Origin: Phaeosaccion multiseriatum
Lineage: Eukaryota > Protista > Ochrophyta, other classes
Assembly (NCBI GenBank): GCA_965112735.1
Contig: OZ218959.1
Coordinates: 3,224,001-3,288,000 of the forward strand
Length of the DNA stretch: 64,000 nucleotides
Reading direction: 5' to 3'
Within the stretch, counting starts at the first letter, position 1; the number at the start of each line of letters is the position of its first letter. This document shows, one piece after another, positions 44,646-64,000 of the stretch. Below the pieces are notes generated by a model. That model saw only the letters and a list, made by a program, of their open reading frames with translations, searched no databases and was not told the origin of the DNA. The translations under genes and the position numbers were made by a program.

Positions 44646-46293
44646 ATGCTCCTCCCGCTCAGGAGGAGATCGTTTCAAGTAGTCGATGCAAGAAACACCG
44701 CTCGATGTCTCACCTCTAGCCTACCGAGCAAAGGCAGGCGTCCAGTTGAGGAGCACACGACTTACTTTAGAAATCTGCTAGGCAGCGCGGGGGTGATATG
44801 CGAGGAGGAAAGGCTCGTCCCATTCAATCGAGATTGGCTCGGCAAATACGAGGGAACCTCCCCCTTGGTGCTGCAGCCACGTGATACGGACGAGGTGTCA
44901 AAGGTAAGAGAAGGGAACGATTAAGTTGAGAACCTGGGCATGGCACCAAGCGCAGCTTCCTTCACGCTCCCCTCGCCTCCTCACAATGGCCAACAACGTC
45001 CAGATCCTCTCGTATTGCAACAGACATGGCCTGCCGGTCGTCCCTCAAGGGGGAAATACGGGACTCGTCGGAGGTGGGACGCCTACAAGTAAGGGGGAAA
45101 TAGTGCTGTCCCTGTCAAGAATGAATGCGATCGAGTCCTTCGATCCAAACTCGGGCGTGCTGGTTTGCCAAAGCGGATGTATACTGCAAAATCTCCAGGA
45201 TTTTCTTGGGGACAAGGGCTTCGTCTCGCCGCTGGATTTGGGCGCCAGGGGAAGCTGTCAGATCGGGGGCAATGTTAGCACCAACGCTGGAGGGGTTCGG
45301 TTCGTCCGCCACGGCTCCCTGCACGGCTCTATCCTGGGCCTCGAAGTGGTCTTGGCGGACGGGAGAGTTCTCGACATGCTTTCTACAATGAGAAAGAACA
45401 ACACCGGCTACCCCATGTCCCATCTCTTCATCGGCGCGGAAGGCACATTGGGCGTCGTTACCAAGGTATCCATCTGTACACCCGTGGCTTCTCCTGCTGT
45501 GAATTTGGCTTTCTTGGCCCTCTCCTCCTTCTCCGACGTCGTCCGAGTAGCCTCTCTGGCCAAGAGCAAGTTGGGGGAGATTATTTCTGCGGTAGAGTTT
45601 ATCGACTCCCAGGCTGTGGCGGTCACTATCAACAGCTTTCCGGGCATCAAGTCGCCGTTTCCTTCGGGTAGCCCCGCCCTTGAGGCCCCCTGTTTTATGC
45701 TCATTGAGACGAGTGGGGCGTGTGCCGAGCACGACAATGACAAGCTGCAGGCGTTCCTGGAAAGCTCTTTTGAGACCGGGCTTGTGCAGGACGGGGTGAT
45801 TGCACAGGATGGGAGGCAGGTGGAGGACGTGTGGTCCCTTCGAGAGCATGTGTCGTCAGCAAGGAACATTACGAGCGGGGCAGGGGCACCACAGCAGCAG
45901 GGCTACTGCATCAAGTTTGACGTTTCGCTGCCTCTGGACCACTACTACGCCCTTGTACAAGAGGCCCGGCAGAAATGGACCTCAGGCTGCACTGTGTTTG
46001 GGTACGGCCACCTGGGAGACTGCAATCTTCATCTTAACATACTTGTGCCGGAGAGAGACGCAGCGCTGGAGGAGGAGATGGAGGAGTGGGTGTTCAGATG
46101 GGTCGTGGACAAGGGTGGGAGCCTGAGTGCTGAGCACGGCGTCGGACAAGGCAAGGCACGCTTTCTGACCCTTCAGCGCCCGCCCGAGGTGATTCGAACG
46201 ATGCACGTGTTGAAAGACGCTCTCGACCCCAAGGGGATCATGAACCCTTTCAAAGTCCTGCCTCCGAAAGGGCTGGAGGACAAAGAGCGATGA
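44646..46293 (+). CDS. D2HGDH: D-2-hydroxyglutarate dehydrogenase (FAD-linked oxidase), likely mitochondrial
   Basis: Exons 44646-44903 and 45004-46293; FNRDWLGKY.G, VVPQGGNTGLVGG, PLDLGARGSCQIGGNVSTNAGG, FIGAEGTLGVVT, GHLGDCNLHLN, SAEHGVG, DPKGIMNPFKVL; Arg/Ser-rich N-terminus. Confidence 0.93.
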
Positions 46294-46406
46294 CATTCAA
46301 AACCTTTTGTGTCATTAATTTTAATTTCACAATAACGTAAGCATTTTCAAAATTCATAGCAAGTATTCACAAGCGGAGGGAAGCATCACGCACTGAGGGG
46401 AATCCA

Positions 46407-54180
<7,774 letters not shown>

Positions 54181-54347
54181 GGTTTCTTTTTTTGTATTTT
54201 GCCGGGTCGGCGGGGAGGAGGGGGTGCGGGGGGGGCACAACCCTCTGGTGCCATCTGCGCTGCCTAATAGTAATAGTAGATTTGCCCGGGCAAATTGCTC
54301 TTTTTTCTTTTTTATGTTTTAGATGAGCCTGTGGGGTGGGGGATTGA

Positions 54348-55349
54348 TTAGCCTCTCGGCCCCCCACCGTTCCGGTGCGACGAAGGCGGCGGCTGCCCAA
54401 AGGGCGGGGGCTGGGGAGGGAGGTGCCGCTGCTGCATGCCTGGTGGAGGTCGAGGAGGGGGGGGCTGGTGCGGCGGAGGAGCGAGGCCCCGGGGCTGCTG
54501 GTGCTGCTGGTGAAGCTGCTGCTGGTGGTGGCGGTGCTGCTGTAGCTGGGGTCGAATGTACTGAGGCTGCTGGTGTTGGTGTTGGTGTTGGTGTTGGTGA
54601 TGGTGATGGTGGTGGTTGGGGTGGTGATGAGCCGGCTGCTGCGTGTGGTGGTGCGGGGGAGGGTGGTGCGGGGGAGGGTGGTGGGTGTGATGCATGGCGT
54701 GATGTGGATGACCTTGGGGCTGACCCTGCTGCTGCTGCTGCTGCTGCGGCGGCGGCGGCGGCGGCGCCACCCCCTGAAGATAGGCCCCTCGCCCCGGACC
54801 CAGATGGGCTGGTGGGGGGTGCGGGTGAGCCATGCCTCCGCGAGGTGGTAGCGGCACTGGCAGCATCTGTAGCGTGGAGGGGCGTGGGGCAGCGTGGTGA
54901 TGACCGGAGGCGGCGGCACCACTTCCTCCTACACCACCCGAGCCTCCCAGAAGCTCCTATGGGGAGAGAGTAGACAGAGCAGAGGGGGTTAGCGCACAGA
55001 AGAGAGGGAGAGAGGAAGAGAGAGGGAGTGAGAGTGTGCGTGTGTGTGCGTGTGTGCGTGTGTGCGCGTGTGCTAGTGTGTGCGGTTCCCAAGCTCCTGG
55101 TGATGCATGGTGTAAGGCCTTGGGTCTTGGGCAACGAGAGGCGACTTTATCTCACCTCAAGCACCTTGGAGTTGCCCAGCTGAGAGGAGGAGGGGGCCGC
55201 TGACTGACTGCTGCTGCCGAGGCCTGTCGACGAGCCGCTCCCGCCGGCTGCGGTGCCGGTCTTCATCAACTTCCTCCGCTTGTCTCGCGCCTGACTCCAC
55301 GGAGAGGGGGGGGGGGGGGGCAGAAAAGAGAAAGGAGGGAGGGAGAGAG

Positions 55350-55398
<49 letters not shown>

Positions 55399-57035
55399 GT
55401 GAGTCAGCGAGAGGGGGAAGTTTCGGTTGGAGAGAAAGAGCGACTGCGCGGGTGAACGTAGGTGGGCAGCAAAGGAGCAAAGGATCGAACAACACAAACA
55501 GTACCACAGACCTGTTTTGCCTCATACTCGTGACATGAGCCCGCGTTGAAGCGGGGCAGCAAGTGCGGCGGGTCGCAGCCTCCAGCGAAGTACGGGTGTT
55601 GCAGGGCCTTCTCGGCGGTAATTCGGCGGGCAGGGTCCAGCTCCAGCAGCCGGGACAGAAGGTCTCTGGCCTCCGGGGAGTGGCTGCAAGCACCACCCGA
55701 GCAAAGGGGAGAAGAGGGAGGTGGGGGGGAGGCGAGGCAGTTAGAAGAAGATACATAGAAGGATAGAGATAGAGATAGAAAGAAGAGAGATACATAGATA
55801 GAGACAGATAGATGAAGCAGACAGATACAACAGAGAGACAGATGGATAGATAGGGAGATAGAAAGACAGATGATGGATAGATACATAGATAGACAGATGA
55901 CAGATAAGGATAGATAGACAGGCAGATAGAGATAGAGAGACAGACAGATAGATACATAAGATAGAATGGAGAGAGACAGACAAACATCGATACAGATCAG
56001 TAAGTCTTGTGGGTGGGGTGGGGAGGGGTAGGGTACCGCTCTCTCTGACCACATGCTTGCCCCTACCGGTACTTGATACACTTACTCTTTGAAGCGCGTG
56101 TGAAGAGTGCAAGGCTTGGGCCGCTCCCTGCAGCTGAGCTCCCACTGCGGCCAGTCGGGCATCTCTGCCACCAGCGGCCAGTTGTGCTCGTTGGGTGTGC
56201 CCCGGAGGGAGAAGATGAGCTTCAGCTGGTGCTTCTCGTCCTTGCCCTGTAGCATGGGCTGCCCCTCCAGCATCTCAGCAAAGATACAACCCACGCTCCA
56301 GAGGTCAACGGCGAAGTCGTATTTGCACGTGCGCATCAGCAGCTCAGGCGGCCTGTACCACAGGGTAATGACTCGACATGTGTAGCTCTCTCGGTGGCGG
56401 GAGAACTCTCTGGCCAGGCCCCAGTCCGCGACCTTGAGGCAGTTGTCCTGCCCGATGAGCAAGTTGGCGCACTTGAGATCGCGGTGCAGCACTTTCTTGT
56501 CGTGCATGTAGGCGGTGCCGGCGAGCAGCTGGCCCAGAAAGCTCTTAATATGTGCTTCCGACAGCTTCACGTCTGGCGCCTCCAGCAGCCCGGCCAAGTC
56601 GTACTCCAAGTACTCAAGCACCATAGAGACGGCTTGCTGCTGCTTCGAGGCCCCGCTCCCGCTCCCTGCTACCGCCCCCCGCCCCTCCTTGGCCGCCTGT
56701 GCCTTCGCCGATGTCGCGCCGTGCCCCCCCCCTGCTGCTCCTCCGCTGCTTGCGGGGGGCGGCTCTGGCCTCGCATCGCCCCCCATCACAATCTCGATCA
56801 TCTGGACAATGTTGGGGTGCCGCAGCGCACTCAAAATCTTCATTTCCCGCAGGGCTGTGATGGGAAAGCCTTCGTGCTCCCTCTCCATCTTGACCATCTT
56901 GAGCGCGACATCCTTGTCCGTTCGGGCGTCCTTCGCACGCCACACCTCCCCGAAAGTACCCCTCCCCACAATCTCCAAGAGCGTGTAGTCCTTGACGCTG
57001 CGGCAGGTCCAGTTCCTCTTTCTCCAGCGAGGCAT
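54348..57035 (-). CDS. CDK9: Cyclin-dependent kinase of the CDK9/CDK12/CDKC (RNA Pol II CTD kinase) group with His/Gln/Pro-rich tail
   Basis: CRSVKDY..VGRGTFGEV, EGFPITALREMKIL, HRDLKCANLL, DWGLAR, YTCRVITLWYRPPELL; exons 57035-56086, 55683-55512, 55290-55156, 54956-54348. The CDK9 vs CDK12/13 assignment is uncertain. Confidence 0.85.
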
Positions 57036-57528
57036 GGCGATTGCCGGCCGCCCCGAAAAAATTAAAGCCTCGACTTTGTCCAAGCTCAAGCCCGCTCCCG
57101 CTGCCGCTGCTCCTGCTGCTGCTACTTCTTCTCCTTTTCCTCGTCCTCTCACGTGTACAGCTCTGCTGCGTGCCACTCTCCGCTGTTGTGCCCACCATGG
57201 GCTATCATCAAGATCCCTCCGCAGGCCGAAAAAAGCCAAAGCCAAAGCCAAGAGGCCCCTCTCGGGCGGTGGACGTGCTCGTCTGGTCCGTAAAGAAGCC
57301 CGTGAACGCAGCCCTTCCAGAAAAACAAGTGTGCAGACGAGAGGGCCAGAAGAGGAGGGAGAAGAGGAGGAGCTGAGACAAATAGAGGATATATCGATTT
57401 AATGTCGAGGTCACACCAAACTGAAACTGTAACTGTAACAAAATCACCCTCCCCCATCACGCCCCCCCCCCCCCTCTACCACAGTTCCCTTCACCCCTCT
57501 CCTTCCTGCTTGGGGTGGAGAGAGAGCC

Positions 57529-57850
57529 ATGAGAGTGTCGATGGCCCCTGCTACAACGATGGAAGATGCCGTGTCGAACCGGTTGTCCAGCATGTACGAC
57601 CCCCGCGTCCACATCGCCAAGCACCTTCAGCTGGAGAGTAGAACGGCATTCTTGGAGAGAGAGCTCCGAGGTACCTTCAAGAGTCCCATATCCTCGCTCA
57701 CCTTAATCTTGCCTTCTTACCCCCCTCTCTCCTTCAAGAGTCCCATTTCCTCCTTCACCTTAATCTTGCCTTCGTACCTCTCTCTCTCTCTCCCTCTCTC
57801 TCTCTCTCCCTCTCTCTCTCTCTCTTCTCTCTCTCTCCCTCTCTCTCTCT

Positions 57851-57900
<50 letters not shown>

Positions 57901-59825
57901 CTCTCTCCTCTCTCTCCCTGTGCTCTCAGCTCAGCATCGAGAGTACCAATTCGTTCGAAGCTCTATGCTGGACTGGAGCAAGACTAGCAGCTCTTTTGTT
58001 ACGCACGTGCAGCTTACATCCGCTCTACTGGGCAAACGCGCAACCACTGCTCCACCAGCCCCAGCAAGGCCCCGCCCTCGCCCCGGTGTGCCCGCAGATG
58101 CTGGGGACGGGCCCTGCTTCCTCACCCAGAAGGGACAAACCCCGCCGAATTCGCCGCGTTTCGACTCGCCCTCTCCAGAGAGTCTTGTAGATGCCCTGCT
58201 TCCCAAGGTGCTAGATGCGCTGAGGCCGCGCTTCCGAGAGATTGACTCCCTCTCGAAAGGGGTACGTACGCGTTTCGTTTCCGGTCTGTCTGTCTTCTTC
58301 CTCCTCCATGTACCTACCGCGAAGGCTCATCTTGAGAGCTGAAATCCTCGTTGCTAAGCTTTGCCCCCCTGCTTGCTTCCTCGCGAATAATTGTGTGTCG
58401 CTACCCCAGCTGAGTGATACCAACGCATCCGTGGAGGAGCTGCGAGCTGAACAAAGGATTGCGGCTGCCCAAGCGGCCACTTGGGGCACCTCCAAGGAGA
58501 CGGTGGACAGTCTTCACAGCTTGGTGGCATCCAGCCAACGCAAAGCGGTTGAGGCGATGCAATTGTGCAAGACTATGGGCTCACAGATCCAGCAGCAATG
58601 TGCAGCCGCCCAATACGGCTCTGCCCGCACCAACGAGACTGATACTAAGGTGAGGAGAGGACAACGCCCATGCGCCCCCCCAGGGCCAGTCACGTCCAGC
58701 AAAGAGTGTAGCAGCTCCGCATCTCGCTCACCCTTCTGCACAGAAAGGGGTGTCTCTCTGCTGTAAAGCCCCTGTGAAAACCATGCGACAGAGAGAAAAG
58801 ACCCAAACACAGCGCCTCACAGTTGTGCCTCGCTTACCTTCTACTCCACCCCACCCCACCCTCCCCTCCCTTTCTCTTTCACCTGCTGAAGTTGGTTGGA
58901 ATGGAGGGCCGTGTGGGAGCTCTGGAGTCAACCTTGGCGCACACGTACGGGGTGAGCAATGCCAACGCACACAGGCTCTCGGAGATGGAGGAGCAGCTTG
59001 AACAGAGGCAAGTGACGTGCTCTTTCTATGCTCACGAGAGTAGAGGGGAGGGGGGGGGAGGGAGGGAGGGAGGGAGGGAGGAAACAGCCGAGGGAAGACG
59101 GAGAGGGGAGGCGGGGGACTACGCCTGCACTAGGGCGAAGTGCCTCAACGTTGAGCAAGTTTCATGACTTTGCCGTTCTCGCCGTCGTGCCTGCTGCTCA
59201 ACAACTGCTGCTGTTGCTGCTGCATTCACTCAGGTGTCACGCCAAATCTCCAGGAGGAAGCTCTCAGATATATCCTCACGTGCCGACGATGGATCGAGCT
59301 ACAGCTTCTGTCGACGAAGCTGCTCCAGCGAACGGTGAGCGATACAACATCACCCATAGAGGATCAAATCCAAACTAAAAGCCAACCTTACCATTCGCTC
59401 CTTTGATTGTGCCCTGTTTCCCGCTCCAAAGAAGAGGAGTGGCGTAGAGGAGTTTCCCAGAGGATGAGGTGAGTGAGAGCGTGTGGCGCCATGGCAGGAG
59501 TAAGGCCCCGCGACATGAAGGCTTTCTTCACAGCCCATGAAGATCCCGCGTCTGACTCTCGGTGGATGGGTGTGCGGGTGTGTGTGTGCGTGCGTGCGTC
59601 TGTGGGTGGCTGCTCTCGTCTTCCTTCTCTGTCTTTCTTCTTAACTGATTACACAGGGAGCTGACCGCTAAAGACGAGGAGCTGAGCTCGGAGATTGAGC
59701 AGCTTCACTTCAAGCTGTGGCAGCACGATAGGGACAGGCAGCAATTCCTGAGGTGGTGGCCCGCGGAGTCACAAGTCTACAGCGCTCTCCAATGCGCAGC
59801 AGGGTGAGTGCAAGGGGAGTGAGTG

Positions 59826-59859
<34 letters not shown>

Positions 59860-61079
59860 AGGGGTAGAAGTGAGACACAAGGAGGGACGAGGACTTGAGT
59901 TGTGCGAGACGTTAGAGGGGCTCTCACTTCGTGCATGACACCATCCATTGAGGGACCAGTCTAAGTTTCGCCTTGCCTGCTTGCGTCAAGGGTCAAAGCG
60001 TATGGCAGAAATACGCGAGGGAAAAGGAAAATCTGTCTGTATCAAGTTCTCCGTCCGACTTTGACTCACTTTGTCTTACTCTCTCTACTCTTGCTTCGCA
60101 CCACACGATGGTGGTGTTCTTCAGGAGCGATCCAGACCCAGAAGAGATGGAGGAAGAGAAAGAGGGAGAGAAGGAGGAAGAGAAAGTGAAAGAGCAAGAG
60201 GAAGAGCAAGAGGAAGAGCAAGAGGTGGAAAAAGAGGTGGGGCAAGAGGTGGAGAAAGAGAAAGAAGGAGCCGCTGCGACAAGGCTACAGGCTGTGTATC
60301 GAGGCTTCTCTCAGAGGCGGCGGCGGGCCCAGGAGTGCGACGCGGAGAAGGACCAGGGGGGCGTCAAGGCGAGGAGAAGAAGGAGAAGGGTAAAGAGTGG
60401 CGCAACCACCACGCGATGCGCACCGCCCTCCACGGCAGTGTTGGCAGCGAGGAGGCCGCCGCTGGCGAGGAAGGAGAGCAGTGTTTGCAGTCCAGCAGCA
60501 GAGGCCAAAGCACTAGTCGCCGTGGCTGTCACCAAAGACGGCATCGACCAGCAGAGACCAGCCGAGTGTACTACTAATTCCGTCGCCGCTGCTGCTGAGA
60601 CTGGTGCTGAGACATACACTGGGCCTTTGCTAGGGTTGCTGCGGCCGAGTACAAGCACTGCCGTCGGAGTGGAGCCGAGGCGGCCCACTGTCTCCACTGC
60701 TGGCATGAGTGGACGTGAGATGAGCGCAAATCTCCTCCGTCGATGCACGAAGCGTAGGCTGTCGGGAGGAGAGGATCGTCCCCAGAGAGCCGTCTCTTCT
60801 CCCTTCCCTGAAACTGAGCTGAGCTCGCTACGCGCCTCCCGTCTCCTCCTTGTCGGACGCGCTTCTGACGACGGGGGCGGCGGCGGGGGCGGCGATGATG
60901 ATGGTGGCACTGGAGGGGGGGAAGGGGAGGGAGGGGTGGGGGACGGTCCACCCCTCTTGCGGAAGGAAGATGCGTTGCCCAAGCCGATTGTCGGAATAGG
61001 AACCGTTTCGATTCGTCTGAGCAGCGCTGGCGCATCGGGTGTGCTTGAAGGTGAATCGGAATGTCATGACTCTGCATAG
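57529..61079 (+). CDS. Hypothetical coiled-coil protein with an IQ (calmodulin-binding) motif
   Basis: Exons 57529-57670, 57930-58261, 58410-58649, 58892-59007 (GC donor), 59234-59334, 59432-59468, 59657-59803, 60125-61079, all phase-consistent; AAATRLQAVYRGFSQRRR is an IQ motif following a Glu-rich tract. Confidence 0.65.
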
Positions 61080-61855
61080 AGGGGGATGAGCCGCGAGGGT
61101 CGGAGGGGTAGAGAGGGGGAGCGGGCTACAGCTTGGAGCGGCTCCTTCCCTTCCTCGGTTGGTTGTCCCCTTACAATGCTTAGCTGTGACCCATGCGTTC
61201 GACTTATATAAACGTGCACGAGCGCTTCCAACAGATGTGATCGATCGATGTTATATACATGCACCAGTGGATTGTTGGGCGTGTCGCTCTTGTATGATTC
61301 GTACAAGCTCCTTGACAAAACAAATAGAAGTATCAAATATCCACCACTGCCCAAGGAAGCAAGTATTCCCAGACACGGTAACGGTACTCTTTGTAGACGC
61401 TCGAATCCAAGGCAATCTGTGACGCCGTTTTGACGCGTACACACCCACGCAGCGATCCACTCCACAGCGTCGTCACCGGTTGTGGTAAGTTGCCCAACGC
61501 AGACACAGGCAAGGGGCAGGGGTGACCTCAGTCCAAGGCAAGGATGGCATCAATGCCGACCCCATGAGGAGACACACATGTTGGTGGTAGCGAGCGTCGA
61601 GTCCATCTGTGAAGACGTACCCGAGTCGGCGATGTCGGCGATCACCATCAAAGATGTCCCCGAGGCCTGCTACAAAGACATGTGTCTCGTCATGGGGGCG
61701 GCACTGATGCCACCCTTGGGTCTTTTGATGCCACCCTTGGGTCTTTTGCCTTGCTCACCGTACCCTCCGCGGGCGGGGGGATATCAATATGCGTGTGCCC
61801 AGTCCAGCGGCCTTCACTTCCGAAAGCTTTATGGAATGTTTCGCCCTGGTCCCTG

Positions 61856-61956
61856 TCATCGCGGGGGAGGCTGCTGCTGCTCCTCCTCCTGCTTCTGCTC
61901 CTCCTGCTGCTGCTGTGGCTGCTTCGTCTTCTGCTTCTTCAGCTTCTGCTTCTTCA

Positions 61957-61997
<41 letters not shown>

Positions 61998-63922
61998 CGG
62001 TTGTGTTTAAGAGTGCGTGGCTTTGCCCTGGTCCCGCACGTCTGGCACACGGAACTAAATTCGCAAAATACAGACAGACACACGGAGCACACCCACGCCA
62101 CCTCCACCACCTTGCGATGGCAGAAGCAAGCGGCTGTAAAGTCCACTGTGGCCTGGCGCCTTGTCTTCAGGTACTTGCGACAGCTCCGGGAAGGGAGGAA
62201 GTTGGTAATCATCACCTGTAGCAGGCCCGTGCGCTGCGTCTGCGTGTACACACCGTCTACGAGCAGGGGCGGGAGGGGGGGGGGGAGGAGGGAGGGAGGA
62301 AGGGAGGGAGGAAGTAAGGGAGGAAGGGAGGAAGGACGAGCAGGCAGAGGGTGCAGGGCCAGTTATGTCAGGGAGTCCCTCGGGCTATGTACGACAAGAG
62401 GGACATTCCATGCGCCCGCAGCCTCTGCCAGCAGCGCCTGGCTGGGGATGGCGAAGAAGCATAGCAGCTTTACTCTCGGTCGGGATTGTCTCGCTTCACT
62501 TACCAGTGAGGTATGCGGCCTGCTGCAGGAAGGTGGAGTGCTGACCCACAACCAAGCAGTCGACCATCATCTGCAGTGGTGTGCCATTTTTTTTAGGAAA
62601 GAGTGTGGTTGGTGCCCAGAGGACGAAAGGGGAGGGTACATGTGTGTGTGAGAGAGAGAGAGAGAGAGAAAGGGGAAGAGGGAGAGAGAGAGAGGGAGAG
62701 GGGGGGGGGGGGAGAGGGTGTCATTCATTCCAACAAAGGCGCGGATTGGTGGAACAAACGAACGGGCGGAGTCCTCCAAGCACCCACCCACCCACCTGAG
62801 CCTTCTGCGCCGAGAAGATGCAGTTCATGATGGCGTTGTAGCCCTCGGGGTTGTCCTTGGCAGCCTGCACAAGGAGCACCCTCCCCTGCGTGGCCTTCAC
62901 CTCTGAGAGCTTTCGATTAGCGTAGCACAACCCCTGGATGCCATTGATGTTATGGTTAGGGTTAGGGTTGGGTCCAAAAGGGGGAGGTCCAAGAGAGGGT
63001 GGTTGTGGTGTACAAGAGAGAAGAGAGTCACGTGTGCAGCCTGCGGGTCTGGATATTCGAATATTCCAGGCTCTATCTATCTATCTCTCTACCGATCCAT
63101 CTCTATCTATGGAAGAGGAAGGCATGGCATCGTTCTCTAGTACCTGCGAGAGGGCGCCGGCCAAGGCCGAGCCTTCCGACTCCATTGCGCCAGCGGGTCC
63201 TGAAAGGGAGAGAGGGAGGGAGGGTCAGGAGGGTGTAACCTGAGGGTGTTGCCAAAACAGACCAAGGAGCGGCGGAGGAGGAGGACAGACGAGGAGTTCC
63301 CAACCCTGCACACAATACACGCACACCTCCCCCGTCCCACCTGCAGAGAGTCGGGCGGAAGCCTCCGTCGACATGGCATGCAGGCCCTCGAACACGCTTG
63401 TGTGGAATTCCTCCTTGCTCACTTCCCCGTTGGCCAGTGTGCGACCCTGCCGCTCGAAGGAGGGGTGCGGATAGAGCATGAGATGACCGCTCTCCGTGGC
63501 CGCAATGAAGCACAGGTCGTTGCGGCGGTGCATGAGTAGGTAGGACTCGATGAATAGTAGCGTCGCGTTCAGCACCTCTTCGAATGTGGAGTGTGTGCCA
63601 TGGGGCAGGTCTAGCGGGGCGGATGCCGATTGCTGCCGAGCACGAGCACGACGAGAAAGAGGAGAGGGAAAGCAGGAAGCTGCGTTTACATCTTTCGGCC
63701 TCCCTCCCTCCCTCCCTCTCTCCCTCCCTCCCCCACAACTCCCTGTCCCTCCGTTCCCCCCGCCTTCGCTCTCCCCCTCTATTGTATCTCACTCACCTCT
63801 GCAGTGAGCGTCCCAGCATCTCTTCCGTCCTGCCAAGCCCTCACCGCCGCCCTTCTCTTCCAAACCGAGACGGAGACATCTACCACGACCACTAACAGCG
63901 AAGGATCTTCATCATCCGACAT
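61856..63922 (-). CDS. GTF2H3: TFIIH subunit p34 (Tfb4)
   Basis: PSLLVVVVDVS, TFEEVLNATLLFIESYLLMHRRNDLCFIA, RVLLVQAAKD...YNAIMNCIFSAQK, LQQAAYLTG, VDFTAACFCHRK..VCSVCLSVFCEFSSVCQTCGT (C4 zinc finger); polyQ/K tail. Confidence 0.92.
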
Positions 63923-64000
63923 GCCGAGCAAGATAAGGTGTACTTATACTGTAAAAAAAAAAAGTACCCTTGTCCCGAGGTTGTAAACGAAGGGAGCAGT

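Noticed and set aside
61482-62651. 389-aa plus-strand Cys-rich ORF
   Set aside because: Largely the antisense of the GTF2H3 last exons and their CAG tract

Overview
Intron-rich, GC-rich eukaryotic genomic DNA, probably from a protist with a centriole or flagellum; an ochrophyte-like stramenopile is only a guess. Almost every intron is filled with micro- or minisatellites, so most ORFs in the supplied track are repeat artefacts. Manual splice-site walking gives 10 protein-coding genes and 1 pseudogene, in order: a 5'-truncated Sfi1-like centrin-binding repeat protein (+); a secreted modular lectin (+) with three circularly permuted F-type-lectin-like domains, micro-exons, Cys-rich repeats and TSP type-3 repeats; a frameshifted MORN3-like/EF-hand pseudogene (-); an ACBP-like + ankyrin-repeat protein (+); an intronless polyQ/zinc-finger-like ORF (+); a fatty-acid-hydroxylase/sterol-desaturase family gene (-) head-to-head with D2HGDH (+); an ERCC6L2-like SNF2 helicase (-); a CDK9-like kinase (-); a coiled-coil/IQ protein (+); and TFIIH p34/GTF2H3 (-). 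The most interesting signals are (1) the lectin gene, built from duplicated [10-nt micro-exon + domain exon] cassettes whose differences concentrate in the predicted sugar-binding loops, (2) a short dispersed motif (CTGTATCACCAACTGCTG) present in introns and coding exons in both orientations, (3) an intronic minisatellite that amplifies its own 5' splice site more than 20 times, and (4) a pseudogene broken by short direct duplications. All gene models were derived by eye and need RNA-seq confirmation.
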